A stretch of 64,000 nucleotides of DNA, from positions 1-64,000 of IMG/VR virus record IMGVR_UViG_3300012001_000008, one strand, 5' to 3'. Positions 45,161-55,220 of the stretch are shown here, in pieces; within the stretch, counting starts at the first letter, position 1, and each line of letters begins with the position of its first letter. This DNA is from a virus. The position numbers and the translations under genes are program-made. The notes under the pieces are model-generated. The model was not told the origin of the DNA, did not search any database, and worked only from the letters and a program-made list of their open reading frames with translations.

Positions 45161-45717
45161 GCGAATAATGCCTCATTGAGTGCTTCTTTGGTTGGGTACT
45201 TTTTTAGTAGGTTTTCTACTGTGGCGAAACGTGTCTTCACTTCTGAATCTAGTCGGAAGTCGTGACTGTTATCTGCTATCTTCCTATCCATTTCTGATTT
45301 AGTTTCTGCCGTTATAAAGTTGTAGTAGCCTGAACCGTGGAAGTCTGGATAGTTCGTTACCATCTTTGCTATATGAATCATTATGCGTACACCTGCTTTC
45401 CGAATAGTGCGTACTGAATTACTGCATCGCCATTCAAGACTGTCATAGTCATCAAAGTCGTGCTTATCCATGAGCTTTAATCCCTTAAGGAACTTAGTGA
45501 GCGTTAACTGATGCCACTTCGAGTCCTCGGCATCCCAAATACGGATACGGTAACCATTAGTGAGCGCATCAGATGTCCACATACCATCATCTGCTTTTTT
45601 CAAACCGATGATGTCTGCCTCTCCTGCCCAGTAGCTAATACCGTTTAATGCAGACGACATAATGTCATTGATATTCTCATCAGTGACGACAATCTTCTTT
45701 TCGATAATCCTACTCAC
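45157..45717 (-). CDS. Two hypothetical genes (about 45381-45717 and 45157-45381) apparently fused by a 1-nt insertion near 45433
   Basis: Removing one base restores ...DGDAVIQYALFGKQVYA-stop overlapping the ATG of MIHIAK. Confidence 0.6.
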   Translation of the reverse strand: MSRIIEKKIVVTDENINDIMSSALNGISYWAGEADIIGLKKADDGMWTSDALTNGYRIRIWDAEDSKWHQLTLTKFLKGLKLMDKHDFDDYDSLEWRCSNSVRTIRKAGVRIMIHIAKMVTNYPDFHGSGYYNFITAETKSEMDRKIADNSHDFRLDSEVKTRFATVENLLKKYPTKEALNEALFA

Positions 45718-45925
45718 TTAATAGTCCTTCCGTAGAAATGACTTGCCAAATCTCACCCCAGTTAAATGCAACGATTGCCACAAGGACGATAGCGAGCGCT
45801 ATACAGATTCCTAATGCGAGAGTTGTGCCGTTATAGTCTTCGTTCATTTGTTTAAAGCCTTTCTTACTGTCTTTATATTTTAATTATGCTCTTATTCGGC
45901 GAAAAACACAAGCCCTTTTATCAAA

Positions 45926-45954
45926 GAAAATAGACGCCATTATAGCGCCTATCT
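45926..45954 (-). terminator. Intrinsic terminator closing the non-coding transcript
   Basis: ATAGGCGC-TATAATG-GCGTCTAT-TTTCTTT on the minus strand. Confidence 0.7.
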
Positions 45955-45982
45955 TTCACATCCCCTTTGAACTCAATCCCAC

Positions 45983-46466
45983 ATTAAGCGCACAATTCTG
46001 GTAAGTAGCTCGTTTGTCGTGCAGGGGCTACTTTAGGATTGAGGTGGCGACCCTTCGCTGTTTCGCGTATCGTGACTCATTTGATACTTACCAGAACTAT
46101 GTGTTTAATTATTAAATGCACACACGGGGGGACGTTTTCACCAATGACCGTTTTAGATGGACAGTCCACGGTTTCAGAAGGACTTATACAACGGAGCTAC
46201 CGTCTTGTAACCTCATATCCGCCGTGTGGCGTAAGTAGCTACCTCCCCCTCTGTGTGCATTTATTCAATAAGTGACAATCCAGCAAGCACGTCCGTAGAC
46301 ACATGTATCCTACGGCGTACTCGTGTGTACATCACAGGGGGTATTCTTCGCGTTGCAGGGTTAGTGGTTCCGCTCCCCCATCTGGGCTATGACTATTTTC
46401 CGATTGCCGTCCCTCACTCTTGCAAGAGCTTCTCGGTTCGACCTGCTTACCAGATTATCACTTATT
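45983..46466 (-). ncRNA. Candidate ncRNA with three tandem units, each closed by a long stem
   Basis: Inverted repeats 45983-46007/46085-46109, 46113-46132/46244-46263, 46267-46289/46444-46466; promoter 46490-46518; no sense ORF of 60 aa or more. Confidence 0.7.
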
Positions 46467-46522
46467 TGTCTGTTAATGTTCTATAGTTAATTATGCTCTT
46501 TTATGTGCGAAAACACAAGCGT

Positions 46523-48217
46523 TTAATCACGCAATTTTTCAGCAATTTTTGTGTCCACGAAGTAGCCACCCTTTGGGTCAGGAGTGACACCACGAGCATA
46601 CTCTCGCTCACCACCTGTCATGCTACAGAACGGACACTTATGCTGGTAATAAAGGACATACTCATTATTACCATCTGCCATTAGCGCCCTCGGTAGTCGT
46701 GTCTCTGGACCAAGAACTCTACAGTTATGGTAGTAAACTGGTGTTGCTTCTGATGTCTGGGTCATTATATCTCCTCCATTGTGTCTACATCTATTTCGTG
46801 CATTTCTATTTGGCGCGGCATATTCCAGTCGGCGAATGCCGTATCAACAAGATAGTGCTTATCTGTGTTGGGCTGTCCCTCATTAAAGGCATAGAGTGGA
46901 CCTTCTTTTTTGAAGTAATAACCCTCTCGTACACGACGCTTACCCGTGAATCGGTCGGGTGTTGGGTCTATGTCTAACGCCTTATAGCGCTTAGGCTCAT
47001 ATCCGAGTATTTTAGGGGGCATTATTAGTAGCCTTTCTTAATCATAAATGTTACCACAAAGATAAACCCCTTATAATTCCGCTTTGCAGGGTATGTGCCT
47101 TCCATCGGCAAACTTGTAAGCTTATACAAGCCAAGTATGAATGTGCGCCTATCATCAAGGAACTCAGGTCTCTTGTATAGCCTACATTGTACCTGCCACT
47201 TGTTAGGTGTGTATTTCATCAGTATCTCGATGGAGTGCTTTCGCCGAACGAAGCCTCACCTGTTAGTTGCCTTGTTAGTAGTTGACGAATGTTAACGCCA
47301 TTCTCCTCAGCTTTCGATAGCACCTCGCTCAGAGAGACGCCCATCTCTACATAGCCACCTGCTTGGCAGTCCCAGCCTGTGTAGTCGCAACCACCCTGTA
47401 TATACGCATAGGTGTGGTCTTTCATGGCAATAATCCAGTGGAAGTCTGGACCATCATTCTCTCCCTGTAGATAAGCAAGCACATAGGCGACATCTTCGAG
47501 CGCGAAGCCCTTAGTATCGGTGATTGCATAGCTCATAGCTGCTGATAGGTCGTAGTCTATACGACGCTCAACTGCATCTGTTTCGTGGTCATAGTAATAA
47601 CTCATTTTCTTCTCCTTATTTATGGTTGAACTTCAAATATCTGAATATGGAACACGGACGATAATACGAATGCGGTGAGGGCGATAATAATACATATCAG
47701 TACCCATGCGGTGGCTAGCGAGATAAGACCGAATGTCAAATAGAATAATATCGCTAACTTTGGATGCTTCGCGAGCCACATCGCTCGTCTAAACTGCTTA
47801 TCGTTCATAGTATCTTTCTCTTTCCGCACTTAGTGCATAATTTTGCTCTTACTTCGGCGGGAACGGCTATTCCCCCACCGACACCAGCTAACCAGTGATA
47901 TACTTTAACTTTACCTATATATGACCAGCGATGCCAACACATTAGCTCATGTCCACTTTCCAATAGATTTTACATTTAGTACACCATTGAGTAACATCGC
48001 TACCACTAGGAGTGTGTTGTTTGCTATGCCACGCATTAGGGAATGCTGAGTAATAGTTATGGGCATGGTCAACACAGTTCGTATACCTATCTGGATTCAT
48101 AGTCCAGTTATTGTGCCATCCTAAAAACTCGTACCCCATCGTGATGAGCTTTTCTTCTTCGGGCGGAATATCCCTGAATTGCAGTGGGTCTAGTTCTTTT
48201 GTGTATGGTGATTTCAT
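46523..48217 (-). CDS. Run of small hypothetical genes (46523-46765, 46765-47022, 47025-47219, 47219-47605, 47620-47808, 47942-48217)
   Basis: Closely spaced or TAATG-coupled ORFs; 47219-47605 has a GGCDYTGWDC motif. Confidence 0.65.
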
Positions 48218-48699
48218 ATCGTGTCTCCTAGTAAGGCGTGTATGTTTGGGACTAATTGTCTAACTACTTCTGTACCTTTAATTATTGTGTTTGTGTTTCG
48301 GCGACGCTCTCTGAATTGCTCAGGTGTCATAATCTTATGACCCTTAGCTCCATTACAGGGGTCGCACATCGTTTGCTTATTATCGAGACTCTCAATCTCA
48401 TCTTGTGTCCAGCCCAGTAGCCTCGCTTCGTACTTTGGAACGGTGTGGTCTACCGTCATAAGCACAAAGTCATCGGTATAAAGGTCAATATGAACGCGCC
48501 CATGGGACTTCTGGTGGCGAGTGTACTTACGGCTACCATCTTCCCTACCAAGCGCTAGAAGCGTCCCTACGCGCCCACAGGCTACACATTCTCTACCCTT
48601 CTTGGCAAATACCTGTAGGCGCTCGTGTTCAGCGAACTCAGTGTATAAGTCCTCAAGCGGTAGGAACTCGATTAGCTCCTTACCGTGTGGAAGACGCAT
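48214..48699 (-). CDS. HNH-type endonuclease
   Basis: CVAC...MTVDHTVP...NKQTMCDPCNGAKG. Confidence 0.8.
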   Translation of the reverse strand: MRLPHGKELIEFLPLEDLYTEFAEHERLQVFAKKGRECVACGRVGTLLALGREDGSRKYTRHQKSHGRVHIDLYTDDFVLMTVDHTVPKYEARLLGWTQDEIESLDNKQTMCDPCNGAKGHKIMTPEQFRERRRNTNTIIKGTEVVRQLVPNIHALLGDTI

Positions 48700-49198
48700 T
48701 ACGTCGTTCCTTTGCTATTTTCACAATCCGTTCGAACGCCTCCACATTGCCCATTGCATCGTTTACTGGGTTATGGTCATGTTTGGTCTGGCGAAAACGC
48801 TTCCAACTCTGTGTCTCACCAAAGTTATTGTTCAGCCCTGCCCAAAAGTCAGAGATACGGCGACCAGAGTGACCGAATGGATTATCCATCTCGGCAACAT
48901 CAAACATACCAGCAATCCACATCCAGTCGTAGGCTACATTATCACTTACGAATACTGGACGGTCGTTACCGCATACCTCTTTAAGCCACACAGCAAACTC
49001 TTTAGCTACCTTATCATCTGTACTTAATCGCTTACCAATAACTGGCACAGCTGGGTTATCTGGGTCTGGCGTACCTTCAAACAGGATGCCATGGAATACT
49101 TTTAATGACGTACCATGCACAGCGCCAAACTCGGTCATCGTTCCCCTTACTGGACTTGTTCCTAGTGCCTCAACATCTACGAATATATAATTAGACAT
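48680..49198 (-). CDS. DEDDh 3'-5' exoribonuclease (RNase AS-like)
   Basis: VDVE, SDNVAYDW, HNPVNDA motifs. Confidence 0.8.
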   Translation of the reverse strand: MSNYIFVDVEALGTSPVRGTMTEFGAVHGTSLKVFHGILFEGTPDPDNPAVPVIGKRLSTDDKVAKEFAVWLKEVCGNDRPVFVSDNVAYDWMWIAGMFDVAEMDNPFGHSGRRISDFWAGLNNNFGETQSWKRFRQTKHDHNPVNDAMGNVEAFERIVKIAKERRNASSTR

Positions 49199-49619
49199 GA
49201 TTTAGATGCTCCGTGACCGCTTTAGCTATCTCTGGTGTTAAGCCCTCTGCCCATCGCGTCTTAAAGAAGTTAGGTGCTTGATACACCAACATGTCCATGT
49301 CGTCGTCCAGAATCGCATATACATCAACATCTGGGTTTTGCTCTAGCCATGCTTCAATCTCATAGCCACGGTCTTTGCCGTGTAGGTCGGGAGTAATGTC
49401 CACAAAGTCCACAACCTGCTTCCTGACATCTTCCTTACCCTCGTCCCATAAGCGCCATGTTGAGCTTAGGACTACTTCACAGCCTGTGTCGAGTTGGATT
49501 TTGCCGACTAAGAACGCTGGGTATGGGTCAATTCCAAGTATCCCACGGCTCTCAGAGGCTACTGCGAACTGAGCGCTATTACATACTCCATCAATATCGA
49601 GGAAAAGAACCTTACGCAT
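49191..49619 (-). CDS. HAD-family phosphatase (RNA-repair-associated HAD type)
   Basis: FLDIDGV, LSSTWR, RGYEI, AILDDD. Confidence 0.85.
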   Translation of the reverse strand: MRKVLFLDIDGVCNSAQFAVASESRGILGIDPYPAFLVGKIQLDTGCEVVLSSTWRLWDEGKEDVRKQVVDFVDITPDLHGKDRGYEIEAWLEQNPDVDVYAILDDDMDMLVYQAPNFFKTRWAEGLTPEIAKAVTEHLNHV

Positions 49620-50912
49620 TGCGTTCCGCCTCCACTTGGTCTAGTGTTTCCTGTGTTACGCCTGCTGTTTTAAGGAACAGTTCTGGCTTAAATGCAGGAT
49701 TGTCATTTTGCATATCGTGGGCAATCATATCGGCGACATAAAGCAAGTTATCTTGCCCCAAGCCTCCTGCGCATTTAGCTAGTGCTTCTGCTACTAGGTA
49801 ATAATCTTTTCTTGTCATGGTTCTTTTCCCCTATAACTTTATTATTTTTGTATCTCCGCTGAGGTTCATCACCTCACCGTCCTTCTTTGATATATCACAG
49901 TTGCGCCAGTCTTTGTCTTTACAATTATCTGGGGTGTATGCCGAGTGGTCTAGCGTCAGGTCAACCGAACAGTCGTCCTTCTGGTCTAGAACAGTAGCTT
50001 TGCTACCGTCAAAGGAGTCAGACACAATGCCTATTTTATCTCCCTTTTTAACTACTGTCGTACAGCTATGAGGATTGTTTGGGTCAATCTTTTTAGGTGG
50101 TTCGGTAACAATCGCTAGAACAGTAAGGCTAGACACTGCCAACCCACCAAGAATAGGAAGTACAACAGCGCATATCGTCTTAAACGAGACGTACGGGCGA
50201 CCGCCGAAGCGCGATGCGTATTTGTTTCTGTTGTAGCTGTCCCCATAGCGACCGTTCATCTCCTCTACCCAAGCATCTGCTTTGGCGTTCCATTCATCAA
50301 TCTTGGCGCGACGCTTTTCTAATACTGGTTCCAAGATAAACAACATGTTACTTAATCTCTTTAATTTTCTTTGTAATGTCTGTGATAGCCCAGTACTTAG
50401 GGTTACCGAGAAGCATAATCGTACCATATAGGAACGGTAGTGCTGCGACAAATGCGATAATACTCCAATACCCAACTAAGTGAGATAGGAACACACCAGC
50501 GCCGATAAGTACAAGTGCCGTAAATAGCTCAGTTATACCTTTTACGACATATTGTCGAACAAAGATAGACCATAGTTCAATCGCTGCAACACCAAGTCCC
50601 TTGGCGAGTGCCTCAACCCCAGCCTTAATGCTATCTGGGATTTGAGAGTCGAGGACTTTCTTCTGAGCGTCTTTAGTTGCGCTCATACTAAAATACGTCT
50701 TTCTTTTTCTTTTCGTCAACGGCGTGTCCAACAAGTCCACCAAGAACCGCAGGAATCACATTAGGGTATTTTTCAACTGCATCAGCTAAAAAGTAACCAA
50801 TTACTGCACCAATAGCTGCACCTTTATTTTCTTTTACTACTTCTGGTACATCTTTTGTGAGCGTGTTAATCGCCTTATCAATGACCTGTTTTACGTTTTT
50901 CTTTTCTGCCAT
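49612..50912 (-). CDS. Hypothetical genes 49612-49818, 49831-50347, 50348-50687 (membrane) and 50688-50912 (glycine-zipper-like)
   Basis: Abutting ORFs downstream of promoter 50936-50964. Confidence 0.65.
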
Positions 50913-50967
50913 ATTCCTCCTTATTTATAAACTCAATTATGCGCCTTTTTTGTGAAAAACACAAGCT

Positions 50968-51421
50968 TTATTTAGGCATTAAGTTCAAAATAGATGTTGC
51001 AATATCTTCTGCTGGGCGACCTGTTATAACTTCCATCTTGTCATACTCTTGAGCGATAGCCTTTCGTATGAACCTTTCAAGTTCTGGCGATATACTACTG
51101 CTGTATTGCGTAAGAATATACTCACCCATAGCAATCTGACCAGCTGCTAATCCAACTGAATTGGCTTCTTTGATGTCCTGTTCGCTATATATCCCGGTCA
51201 TCGTCACTCTCCTGTTCCCATTCTTTAGGGAATATCTCGTCATACTCAAGACGTTCTGGCGATGGGTAAAATACAACAACGCTATCAATTTTACTTACTT
51301 CGGTAGCTTCTCGTGTAATACCGCCGTAACTGTTACCCTCTTCATCGCTCGACATATAAACATCATAGTCGTCTGGGTATTCATTTAATAGCTCTTTTAG
51401 TTCTTTTACAGTGATACTCAT
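50968..51421 (-). CDS. Two-gene cassette copy A (51185-51421 and 50968-51201)
   Basis: Paralogous to 52107-52358 and 51884-52117. Confidence 0.7.
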
Positions 51422-51816
51422 TAGAAAGGTATCTCCGACAAGTCGATTGGCTTGTCTTCTGTTTCTTCAACGACTACGATTTCAGCTGGAATAGCAAGAG
51501 CTTCTAGGTCTGCTTCTGTAATTGGGTCAGTTGGAATACCATCAGCAAGCGCGAGTTGTGAGTCCCTACACTTATCTACTACAGTGTCTTCAAGCACTTT
51601 AGCAAGTTTTATAATCGGCGCGATGGCTTGTAGCGGTAAGTCGAACTTGTTCTTGTCGCTATACCAGCTTTCGGTCGATACGGTGTATGTTGTAACTTCC
51701 ATGCCACCTTCTGTCAAGAGGTCGATTATTGCGCTCACTACTGGCTTGCCTTCTTTGAGTTCTACGGTGTAGCTCTTTAGGCGTGCTTTGGTGATATTAA
51801 TGTTTAGTTGTTTCAC
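51421..51816 (-). CDS. Hypothetical protein with SSB-like C-terminal tip (DKPIDLSEIPF)
   Basis: GTG start after AAGAAAGG and promoter 51850-51878. Confidence 0.75.
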   Translation of the reverse strand: MKQLNINITKARLKSYTVELKEGKPVVSAIIDLLTEGGMEVTTYTVSTESWYSDKNKFDLPLQAIAPIIKLAKVLEDTVVDKCRDSQLALADGIPTDPITEADLEALAIPAEIVVVEETEDKPIDLSEIPF

Positions 51817-51883
51817 TTTTCTAACCTTTCTTATTTGCTTTCTGACCGAATTATGCTCTTTTTTTGTCTAAAACACAAGCGAT

Positions 51884-52358
51884 TTAGGCGAGTCTAGCTT
51901 CCATAATGCGACTTACGCTTAATGCTACATCTTCTGCTGGCTTGCCAATATTTTCTGCGATATGGTCATATTCTGCATTACATACTTTTTGTAGTAAGTT
52001 CGTGAGCATTGGCGATAGTTCTTCTGCATAAGTTGCTAGAATAAACTCCGCGAGCGCTACTTGACCAACCGAACAACCCTGCGCATGTGCTGTTCCAATA
52101 ACTTCATCAAACGTCATGGTCTTCCTCGGCTTCTTTCTCCCATAGTTTAGGGAATACTTGGTCATAATATAGGCGTTCGAGCATAGGGTAGAAGATAATT
52201 GACTTATCCTCGGCACTAATCTCGACATTCTCTGCTGATAGCGTATTGTAGCCGTTCCCCTCTGCGTCACTTGAGAAGAACACCTTCGTGTCGCTAGGGA
52301 ATTGTGTCAGTCGGGCGATGAGGTCATCAACTGTCATTGTTTTTATTTCTTCGCTCAT
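51884..52358 (-). CDS. Two-gene cassette copy B (52107-52358 and 51884-52117)
   Basis: Paralogous to copy A. Confidence 0.7.
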
Positions 52359-52467
52359 TTTTTTCTCCGTTTATTTTGACGTTCTTCATACTTATTGGAT
52401 AACCAAGCTGCAAATGAAGCTATAATAAAAAAGCCCAATCCTAGCCATAAAACTAACGTTGGGTCTT

Positions 52468-54117
52468 TCACGAAACATCTCCCCTCTTATTAACAAAGAT
52501 TTTGAGGGTTCGTCCGTCGTCCTGTAGTGAAGCCTCGACTTGCTTATTAGCATTCCAGAACACTACTTCGCGTCCGATACCCATACCGTTGCCGTGGCAA
52601 GATGGGCATTCGAAACGTCCAGGCTGTCCAGAGATATAGATAGTTCCTACGCCAAGACAAGCGTCACAGATAGTATTATCAATAATCTCTAGGCGAGTGA
52701 CGTTAGATAAGTTTTCCATCGTTTTCCTCATCTCTATAGTCTTTAGCCCATTCTTTCAATTCTTCCGATACATGAGAATAAGCTTTCTTCTCATCATCCG
52801 TGTTGTCGTACTCTTCGCTCTTGTTCTCAACCCAGCCGTCAATCATTTTGGCAAAAGCCTCAAGAACATTTGCGGTTTGTTCGTTATTACTCATTCCAAG
52901 CCCTCTTGAATCGTGCTTGATATGCAGAACGCCCCATACCAGTTTGTGCCACGCATTGTGCTTCAAGTTCGGCTTCGTAGTCGGCAGAGTTCATAAACTC
53001 CTCTTGCACCTTACGAGCCACTTGCTTAACAACAATATGTTGTGGGCGATTAACTGGCATGTGACGTACTATTTCACTCCTGTATCCCATTGAGACAGCT
53101 TCCGCTTTAGTCTTGATGACTATGTCTTCGATGGTTGGGTATTCGACGGTTATTGTAGTTTTCATTGTTATAAGCCTTTCTTATTTGCCTTATAACTAGA
53201 ATTATGCGCCTTTTTCGCCGAAAACACAAGCCCTTTGTTAGGCTTTTTGTAGTTTTGGTTGAAACCGAGCGTCGTTATACTCTTGGATAGCCTCGATAAT
53301 TAGTCGGGGGTTATAACGATTGCTGATTGCGCGAGCAATGGTAAGGGAGCTACATCCAGCTTCGTGCATTGCTGCATATTCTGCCTTCAAGGTTTCCTTA
53401 ATTTGTTCGTTAGTTCTACGAATCATATTGTCCTCCTTTCTTTACAACACCAATTATGGGGTTATTTATAGGAAAACACAAGCCCAATTTATAAAAACTT
53501 GTGATTACACTTGCGACACACCGTAACTTTGTTCAGATACAGTCCTACCGCCGTCTTTAGTAATCTCAGTGACAACTTTGCGCTTAATTGCGCCACAATT
53601 AGGGCATTTTATCTTACCGCTATTGACTATAAGTGCAACTGGGACATAGACTACAATAAATAAAATTGGAGTAATAACAAAGATTGCGAATAGTATCCAG
53701 AGAATCGTGTTATTATAATTAGCCTGCTCTTGGGCAAGGACTAATGATTGGTTATACGCTTGTAATGTATCCATATTTTGAATTATGCTCTATTTTTTAT
53801 AAAAACACAAGCACTAGCTTTTTGCACCACCGTGGAAGGCTGCGTAGAGCAAGATTCCAGCAATTATAAGTAGGAATAAAATCGTCATAATACTGCCTTG
53901 CAGTTCTTCGTCATTCAACAATGATAGTAGTCTTTTCACTTGGCTTTTCCTTTATCGCTTTAACAATTTCTATTGCTATCTGTAACCCATTATGAGAACC
54001 AAATCGAAACCATTTAACACTTCTCTCATCGGCGACATCTATTTCAAGCTTCTTAACATCGACGAGCTTGAGCATTTCCACCAATTCTTGTTTTTGTTTT
54101 TTAGTTAGATTCACCAT
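52468..54117 (-). CDS. Small hypothetical genes (52468-52719 DnaJ-type CxxCxGxG, 52703-52894, 52887-53165, 53238-53426, 53505-53774 TM plus zinc ribbon, 53911-54117)
   Basis: ORFs, four of them directly behind their own promoter copy or variant (53201, 53453, 53782, 54132). Confidence 0.65.
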
Positions 54118-54167
54118 AATCTCCTACTCTCAGTATAGCGATAATACCCCAAAAACGCAAGCATAAT

Positions 54168-54478
54168 AAAAGACCACCCGCTAAGATGGTCTTTTGCTTT
54201 CGGCAAAACAATTGTCATGCCTCTGAGCGCGGTTGTGGGTTGGGCTTCGTCCTTCAACGATTTTCCAACATTCGGACGCCTCGACTAGTCTAGAAGTAAA
54301 TCTTTTGTAGTTTTGGTAATGCGTCCGTTCAACTCCATAGGAATCTTGTCACTCTGTCAAGAGGTTTTCGATTCATTGCCACCGAGTCCTTGGTTACTCC
54401 TCGATGTACGCTACACTTTCGTGCCTATTAGGTGCTTTAGCCGTCGAGATACTTATTAAGCTACCACAACGCTCATAT
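54168..54478 (-). ncRNA. Candidate ~300-nt structured RNA
   Basis: Promoter TTGAAT-N17-TATTAT at ~54483-54511; closing stem TGAGCG-TTGTGG / CCACAA..CGCTCA; internal helices; terminator AGACCA../TGGTCT-TTT; no ORF of 60 aa or more. Confidence 0.65.
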
Positions 54479-54539
54479 ATACATAATAGCATAACCTGTT
54501 TTATTATTCAAGCATTTTATGTAGTGGAATAGTCTACAA

Positions 54540-54637
54540 GCAAAGAGACACCAATTAAGGTGTCTCCCAAGAAAGGCTATTAGTAACCACAGCATCCGCT
54601 CACAACTAAACGATACGGTGCTTACTGCTACTAACAT
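54540..54637 (-). ncRNA. Candidate ~95-nt sRNA with anti-RBS segment AGCCTTTCTT
   Basis: Promoter 54643-54671, 5' hairpin, unpaired AGCCTTTCTT, terminator GAGACACC/GGTGTCTC. Confidence 0.6.
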
Positions 54638-54660
54638 TTCTAATTATGCTCTTTTATTTG

Positions 54661-55182
54661 CTAAAACACAACCCCATTGTGCCTTTTAATTACCTCCTCT
54701 ATATCTGCTTGACTGACCTTATTGCCAGAGTGAGCGAGTTGTTTAAGATTATCTATTGCTTCATCGCCATATTGGGCGCGTAGCTTAATCTCGTAGACCT
54801 TTAGATTTCCACCCTTTACGACATTACATTCGTTGCACTGTGGGTGACAGTTTATATCATTCCAGCGTGTGTTCAGGAATCGGCGGTTTATGAAGTGACC
54901 ATTCTGTAGCTCTTCGAACTTACGGTTGCAGGTATAACAATACTCGCTTAAGCCTCTAATATAGGCAGAATGGTACTTATCGGCGTATCCTATGAGCTGA
55001 CTACGTTCAGAATTGCCCTTGTAACGTAACGTAAGCCTCTGTGGGGCGTTTTGGGACGAAAGTGGGGGAATTGTGCGTTTTCGGTTATAAGTCTCTTGGA
55101 AGGGCTTAATTTCGCGCTTTTCACATTTATTCTTTGAATGCCAAATCGACCCGCACCATTTACACGGCTTGTGGGTCAACAT
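54661..55182 (-). CDS. NinG/Rap-like recombination endonuclease
   Basis: CYTC, QNGHFINR, TRWNDINCHPQCNECN. Confidence 0.85.
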   Translation of the reverse strand: MLTHKPCKWCGSIWHSKNKCEKREIKPFQETYNRKRTIPPLSSQNAPQRLTLRYKGNSERSQLIGYADKYHSAYIRGLSEYCYTCNRKFEELQNGHFINRRFLNTRWNDINCHPQCNECNVVKGGNLKVYEIKLRAQYGDEAIDNLKQLAHSGNKVSQADIEEVIKRHNGVVF

Positions 55183-55220
55183 AGACTGGTACAGCTTCTA
55201 CAGCTGGTTCGCCTTCGGGT

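Noticed and set aside
45381-45440. Apparent gene fusion in ORF 45157..45717, plus frame breaks at ~9722 and ~63285
   Set aside because: Each is fixed by a single-base change in a short A run, so assembly indels are more likely than programmed recoding; needs a read check.
46039-46486. + strand ORFs 46039..46275 and 46253..46486
   Set aside because: Non-ATG starts, no RBS, opposite to the promoter and terminator; the G-U pattern favours a minus-strand RNA.
54168-54478. RNase P RNA or tmRNA
   Set aside because: No GAGGAAAGUC-type P4 motif and no tRNA-like acceptor/T-arm ending in CCA.
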